Shown here in pieces: positions 57,199 to 64,000 of a stretch of 64,000 bases of DNA. The position numbers and the translations under genes are program-made. The DNA lies in the NCBI RefSeq assembly GCF_009914755.1, contig NC_060928.1. One strand, given 5' to 3'. The stretch's first letter is position 1. Each line of letters starts with the position of its first letter. This stretch comes from the human T2T-CHM13v2.0 reference genome, Homo sapiens. Below the pieces are notes generated by a model, which saw only the letters and a program-made list of their open reading frames with translations, was not told the DNA's origin and did not search any database.

Positions 57199-57813
57199 CC
57201 TCATAGACTAAGCTCTTTCATCTGTAATAATCATTGTATAATCTTTATATCTCACAGGGCTACTGCAAGACCAAATGAATGAATGTCTAAAAACATTTAT
57301 GACAGGTCTACACCTGGTCCACTCAGTAAGTACTCATTTCCATATCTGTTACTTCTTATTGGATCTTATTCTATATTGGAGATTTAAATTTGAGAGTAGT
57401 TTAAACCAGAGATGATATGTAAAACCAAGAGAGAGAATGAGTTCTCTGAGAAATAGGGCAAGCAGCAGACTCGGGGAGGGTGGGAATAGCATAGAAAGAA
57501 CAGAGAACACAAAGAAGGATGGCGAGTGCCTCAAGGCCATATTCGTCAACATCATCAAAGAAGAAAAGAAGGGAATTCTAGGGACATGATATGCATGGAA
57601 GGACTTAGTAATAAACTCTACTCTTGAGTCTATAAATATGTGTGGATTCTGTAAAGAATTAAAACAGAAGAAAGAGAAAGGATAAGAGATCTATAGGTAT
57701 AATATTTTGTGTACTACATGGGTGACTTTAGAAACATGAAGAGTCCCCAAGAAAGCAAATATTGTCCACAATTAACACATCATTGATGCATACAGTATCA
57801 TGTCTAGCATTTA

Positions 57814-58208
<395 letters not shown>

Positions 58209-59223
58209 TGGCTGAAAGCTTTTCCCTAAGGAATGAGACAGGCATTAATAGGGTAGGGATGTACTTTTAGTCATCTTCAAGGGCCAGAAATAGAAAATTA
58301 ATACAGAGGGGTGATGGGACTGAAGCTGTGGATGCTGTTCCAGCTCCCAGAAGCCAAGTAGAGGCAACCTGGAGTTCAGCTCCAGTGTAGTAACCAGAAC
58401 TCAGAGTAATTCTCATGTTAGGTAGGGGATCACAGCGAGGCTCTGCTAAAAATGACTAGCTAAAAAGAGGTAGAAATGCAACTTCCCACTGGTGCTTGAT
58501 ACAGGGGGTTATCACAAGCTCCATATTTGGAGAGGCAGAGGAGACAGACATGTCTTACCACCACGCCCTAGCCACACCAACACTGACTCAGAAACAGGTT
58601 TGAAATATCACTATCAAAGGGGCAGGAGCCCCAAGGAACCAATATAAGATCTGGTTCTGGACTGGGAACTTAGGGGCAACTACAAAACTGTGAAACAGAA
58701 AGTGGTGAGCATTAGAAGTAAATAAAACATAAAAATATAATAAAACTTACTACTCTACATAAGCCTGAAAATTATTATGAAATAACTTAAAAATTATTTA
58801 ACATATGTCCAAAACTAACACTAGGAAAGACAGCCAATAAGATCAATAAGATCAACAATTGGAATAGTAATTTACTCCATAGGAAACGAAAACAATAAAA
58901 AAAATGAAAAAGAATTTAAAATAAGTAGGTTAAGACTCTACCAAGAGACAGAGGAGGAAACCATCTCTCTAAAAAAGAATATAAAAATATGAAACAAAAT
59001 AGCCAGAAACAAAATAGAGATATGAAATAGAACAAATTGGAATCCTTTAAATAAAAATACGTTCTTTCAAAAACTGTATAAGCTTGATATACAGAATAAA
59101 ATGTGGATTGGACACAGTATAAGAGAATCAGTGAGCTAGAAGATAACACTAAGGAGTTTCCCAGAAGTTGATGAAATGAGATAGAGAAAGAAAGATGAAA
59201 TAACAATGAAAAGATATAAAGGA

Positions 59224-59405
59224 GGGTGTGGGGAGGGAGGAGTGTTAGCATTAGGAGATATACCTAATGTAAATGACAAGTTAATGGGTGCAGCACACCA
59301 ACATGGCTCATGTATACATATGTAACAAACCTGCACGTTGTGCCCATGTACCCTAGAACTTAAAGTATAATAAAAAATAAAATAAAAACACTGAGACCAA
59401 AAAAA
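59224..59405 (+). mobile_element. 182-bp L1PA 3' end inserted in an older L1M-like segment
   Basis: L1PA 3' UTR tagcattaggagatatacctaatg...gaacttaaagtataat. Perfect 15-bp TSD aaaagatataaagga at 59209-59223 and 59406-59420. Confidence 0.92.
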
Positions 59406-59728
59406 AAAAGATATAAAGGAAAAACTGAAAGATTCCAACATGTGTATAAAGGAAGCTCAGGGGAGGGGGGTGGGAAATGGAGGAAAAACAATATTTGAAG
59501 TATCGTATAGAAAAATGACATCAATCTAGAGATTAAAAGTACATTCCAGATGCCAAGAAAGAATAAAAATAAATCCACACCCAGACACTTCCTAGTGAGT
59601 ATCAGAAATGAAGAAAAAAAAAGAATCATCTAAGCTGATTATCTCCAATTTTTCTCTTCCCATTCTCTTTTGAACTGGCTCTCACCAGACTTTTGCCCTT
59701 GCTACTTTAAACTGCTTCTAGTGAACTC

Positions 59729-60128
59729 TGTGACTACTAAGAGCCCCCTAAAGAACTTATTACCCAGCTGCTAGCAATGCTACCAGATTATAGTCCACAG
59801 CTTTGCCCTTCAGAATTGCCCTGTCTGAGGAGTCACACAGTTACCTTACAGGGCAGTCCAATATCAGTGACTAGTCAACTAGGATTTATGCAGGCTCAGA
59901 TAACTTGTCCCAACTCAGGACAACTCTGAAGGGTCAACTCAACATTAAAGCCCCTCCCCGCCCCGGGGAGTCTTCGCTAGACTGCATCACAGCTCAATTT
60001 CTCCCTCTGACAATTCCTGCTTTCTTCCCTTTCGAAATCCAGAGATGGCTATTTCAAGAGCACTAATTAACAAACATCTCTCTCATCCTCCATGTCAGAG
60101 GGTCTTTCTGGGGAATGCAACCTGCCAT
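59729..60128 (+). mobile_element. LTR16-like ERVL LTR inside L2
   Basis: aactcaggacaactctgaaggg...actgcatcacagctcaatttctccctctg...ctggggaatgcaacctgc. Confidence 0.7.
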
Positions 60129-61337
60129 TCTTTGTCAAAGTCGCCAATAACTTTCATGCTGTTAAATCTAATTGTCAATCTTAGTCCTCATCTTAGCCGA
60201 CCTGTTAACAGCATTTTATGTATTTTATCACTGTCTCCTTCTTGAAATATTTTCTTCATTTAGCTTCCAGGGATTTCCAGTGTCCTAGATTTTCTGTTAC
60301 CTTCTCTTACTTCCTTCTCAGTCTCTTATGCTAGTTCCTCCTCATCTCACTGACCTCAGCATATTGGAATGTCCCAAGGCTCAGGCCTTGAATCTCTTTT
60401 CTACCACATACGTTTATTTTGTGATTTAGTCCTGGCTCATGGCTTTCAATACCATCTCTATATTGATAACTGGCAAATAGATATTTTTATCCTGGGCCTC
60501 TCCCCTTGTCTATCTCACATCTTCATTCGGATGTCACCAAACCATCTCAAATTTTACACATCAAAACTGAGTTCCTGATCCTATTCTGATGATTTCTCCC
60601 TCAGCAAATGACATCTCCACTCTTCCAGTTACTGAGGCCAGACAATCATCTTTGGCTCTTCTCTGTTTTGTACATTCTACGTCCTATTCATTAGCAAATC
60701 CTGTCAGCTCTACCTTCAAAATATATTCAGAAGCTGATAGCTTCGCAACACCTTTACTATTAACACTCTAGCTGAAACCACTATTCTCTCTTACCTGAAT
60801 TATCAGAATAGCCTCCTAAGTGGCCTAGTTCTACTTCCTGCCCCTATCCATGACCTACTCCCAACCCAGCAACCAGAGTTATTCAAATAAAACATAGGTC
60901 AGACAACATCCTCCATTCAAAAGCTACTGATGCCTTCCAGTAACAATGGAGTAAATATAGAAGTCACCATGTCCCCACACACCCCTACATTATCTGTGGC
61001 TAGCTGACCTCATTTTCCCTCCAGCCCCTCAATCCCTCTCCTGGAGCCAAACAGCTTTCTTTCCCAGCTGCTCTGGTCAGACCAGGATTGCCCCCACCTG
61101 AAGATATTTGCATTTGCTACCTTATTTGCCTGAAATGTTCTTTTGTCAGATTCACAAGGTACCAACCCTTCACTTCTCCCAGGTGTATACTTAAACACAC
61201 CTTCTCCATGAGGCCTTCACCAGCCACCCATTCACGATTGCAACCCTCCCTAAATCCCTCCTGATTTATTTTCTTCTTTACACTAATACTATTTAACATA
61301 CAATATATAAAATACTCATTTATTATTCATCTCTACA
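60129..61337 (+). mobile_element. L2 LINE 3' portion (tail at about 61775-61900)
   Basis: ctcatggctttcaataccatctcta, tcagctctaccttcaaaatata, ctagactgcaagg...caataaatatttg. Confidence 0.75.
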
Positions 61338-61772
61338 TGCAGAGACTGCTAGCTGATTCCCAAATGTATTTTCTCTTCCTCCTGGACCCATAGCTGGACT
61401 ACTTTTTCCAGGTGCACTTGAAGTTGAAGTATGGCAAGTGACTTAGTTCTGGCCACAAGAAAAAATGTGGTCAAAATAAGTGCCCCTTGTAAGCCTGGTG
61501 CCTAAATACCCGCCATGCAATCCTCTATGCTCTTTCCCCTCCCTGCCTGCTAGAATGGAGGTGACTCTAGGACACCATTGGTACCAAAGTCCAAATGTAA
61601 AAGATAGCAGAGTCACATAGCAGAATAAGAAGGCTGGGTCTTTTAATAATTGTTTGGAGGAGAGCTGTCTAACTGGGACAGTTTGATGAATAAAAAATAA
61701 AATCTCAAGTAATCAAGCTACTGATAATTAGGAGTTTAATTTATTATAGCATCTAGCTTTATCTTAGCTTAT
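61338..61772 (+). mobile_element. MLT1-type MaLR LTR
   Basis: cagctggactac...gtgacttagttctggcca...aagatagcagagtcaca...tttattatagcatctagc. Confidence 0.65.
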
Positions 61773-62617
61773 ATATTCACTCCCTAGACTGCAAGGTTAA
61801 TGAATGCCAGGAATTTTTACTGCTTTGTTCACTGATGTATACCCCCCGCCGTGCCTACAACACTGACTGGAAATCAATAAATATTTGAAGAATAATGAAT
61901 AAAAAACTTAAATTCTCACATAGAAAAAAGATAGGCTATCTAGAAAAGGATGGCAACTTTGATAAAAGAACTCTTGACAGCAATGATAATTAACAGAAGA
62001 CAATGTTTTAAAACATCTGAGGGAAAATACAAATAAATATAAAATTCTAAATCAATCTAAACTGTCATGCAAAATTGAGAACAAAACAAAGACTTTCCAA
62101 AATACTAAGTCTAAGAAATCATACAACACACCCAAACATATAGATCCTCAAAAGTGCTACTAAAAAATAAGCTTCACAGGAAGAAGAAAATGAACCCAAA
62201 AGAATGAATGGAACACAAGAAAAAACAAGTAAGCCCAGAAATTAATATTTACAAATATGCTTATAAATATGTTTATGTTTATAAATTTAAACAGCTATTA
62301 CTTACAAAAATTTAAAAGAGGCATCAGTGTGGATTTTTTCATGTAGAACTAAAATTTTAAACCCAACAATCAAGAAGGGGGAAAGAAGGCACAAAAAGGA
62401 GGAGTTAGTGGATTAACGGTTCTGGGTCCTTAGCTTGTTTAAGAAGAGGATAAATAGACTGAGCAACGTTTAAAGAAAAATTTGGAGACAAATGTTCCCA
62501 TTGAAATATTAAAGGTAACATTTAATAGAATAGAAATATAATGTATAACTCCCAAACTACCAGATAAACCACACAGTAATTTTTGAAAATGTTATCAAGC
62601 TAAATAAGGCCATAGAT

Positions 62618-62903
62618 GGCCGGGTGTGGTGGCTCACGCCTGTAATCCCAGCACTTTGGGAGGCCAAGGCGGGTGGATCACGAGGTCAGGAGATCCAGAC
62701 CATCCTGGCTAACACAGTGAAACCCCATCTCTACTAAAAATACAAAAAATTAGCCGGGCATGGTGGCAGGCGCCTGTAGTCCCAGCTACTCAGGAGGCTG
62801 AGGCAGGAGAATGGCATGAACCCGGGAGGCAGAGCTCGCAGTGAGCCAAGATCCCACCACTGCACTCCAGCCCGGGCAACAAAGCGAGACTCGTCTCAAA
62901 AAA
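62618..62903 (+). mobile_element. Full-length AluY
   Basis: Diagnostic gatcacgaggtcaggagat, accatcctggctaacac and gaatggcatgaacccggg. TSD aaataaggccatagat/aaataaggccaaatat (14/16). Confidence 0.93.
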
Positions 62904-63376
62904 AAATAAGGCCAAATATGAGGAAAAAGAAAAAGAAAAGGAAAAAGGAAGATAAGCAGAAACCTAAATTAAGATATTAAAATAAATATAAATTAATAAG
63001 TACAAAAAAATAAACAGATTCTGTTCACATATCAATAGAGATTATCAAATAATACAAAGACAATTCAGCTCAGGTTGGCTATAAAAGCTATAGTTAAAAC
63101 CAAAGAACATAGAAAGGGTGAAAATTCCCAAGAAAATAAATACCAAGAAATAATAACAAAAAAATTTGTAGCAATAATGTTATCAGATAAAATAGACATT
63201 AGATGAAAAATTATTAATAGGGATAAATAGGTATGCCAAATTATGATTAAGACAACAACGGGTCAAGAAGATGGGGTAAACATGAATTCATACGTACCTA
63301 ACAAAATAGTTCCAAACTTTTTAGCACACACAAATTAGAAAGGATTTAGATCTAACATTAGATATATTCCTGATAT

Positions 63377-63382
<6 letters not shown>

Positions 63383-63406
<24 letters not shown>
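63383..63406 (+). repeat. (TG)12 microsatellite
   Basis: Direct count. Confidence 0.95.
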
Positions 63407-63407
<1 letters not shown>

Positions 63408-63597
63408 ATATTTCTGCAGAAAAAATACATATTCTTCTTAAGCACACGTGGGGCATTTACAAAAAGTGTCCATATTCTAAGTCACATGAAATGTCTCAAT
63501 AAATGTTAAACATTTGAATACAATTGTTAAAAGTGAACAATAAAGATAGCTTATTAAAATATACTCCTGAATAACTCATTGATTAAACCATAGATCA

Positions 63598-64000
63598 ATA
63601 GCCAACACAACATTGAAGAAGAACAAAGTTGGAAGACTAGCACTACTTCATTTCAAGTCTTAATATAAAGCTACAGTAATCAGGACAATGTGGTATTGGT
63701 AAAAGAATAGAAAAATAGATAAGTGGAACAGAATGGATAGCCCAGAAATAGTCTACATAAATATAGTCAGCTGACCTTTGACAAAGGAGCTTTTGTAGCA
63801 ATAGTGTTATCAGATAAAATAGACATTAGATGAAAAATTATTAATAGGGATAAATAGGGATCTATGGACAAAAGACAGTCATTTCAACAAATGGTATGGA
63901 ACAACTGGACATCCAGATGCAAAAACAAAGAATCTAAACACAAACCTTACACTCTTCTCAAAAACTAACTCAAAATGGATCACAAACCTAAATGTAAAAT
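63598..64000 (+). mobile_element. L1M (MB/MC-like) ORF2 fragment; older L1M-like sequence spans about 61900-63590
   Basis: gaagaacaaagttggaagact...tataaagctacagtaatcaggacaatgtggtattgg...ttcaacaaatggt...aactcaaaatggatcac. Confidence 0.85.

Overview
AT-rich (CpG-poor) primate, most likely human, genomic DNA that is mainly intronic. Three minus-strand exons with canonical GT-AG boundaries (48380-48296, 41099-41017, 39149-38885) splice in frame into MTTEEAMPEKAKC-PTLEITKQDFFQEAKTLIAQHYEKINE-NKVQGTSINVFRKKHQ...RCRPIDLITK(G). I recognise this from memory as the N-terminus of IQCM (IQ motif containing M). The upstream non-coding exons and promoter and the next coding exon were not seen and probably lie outside the window. 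The rest is mostly transposable-element remnants: Alu (J, S, Y, Ya5-like), L1 (PA, PB, M), L2, MIR, ERV/MaLR LTRs (MER52A, MER21, MLT1, MLT2, MST, LTR16, LTR40) and DNA transposons (MER2, MER44, MER58A, MER63, MER3/33, MER81), plus microsatellites and a 36-nt U6 snRNA fragment. Repeat subfamilies were assigned by eye from remembered consensus sequences and need RepeatMasker/Dfam confirmation. I found no support for a new multi-gene biological system. The most notable signals are small mutational and retrotransposition footprints: a 116-bp L1 with a twin-priming inversion and a possible micro-transduction, a 67-bp templated insertion, fold-back palindromes, a possible in-frame 81-nt cassette exon and a truncated AluYa5-like insertion.
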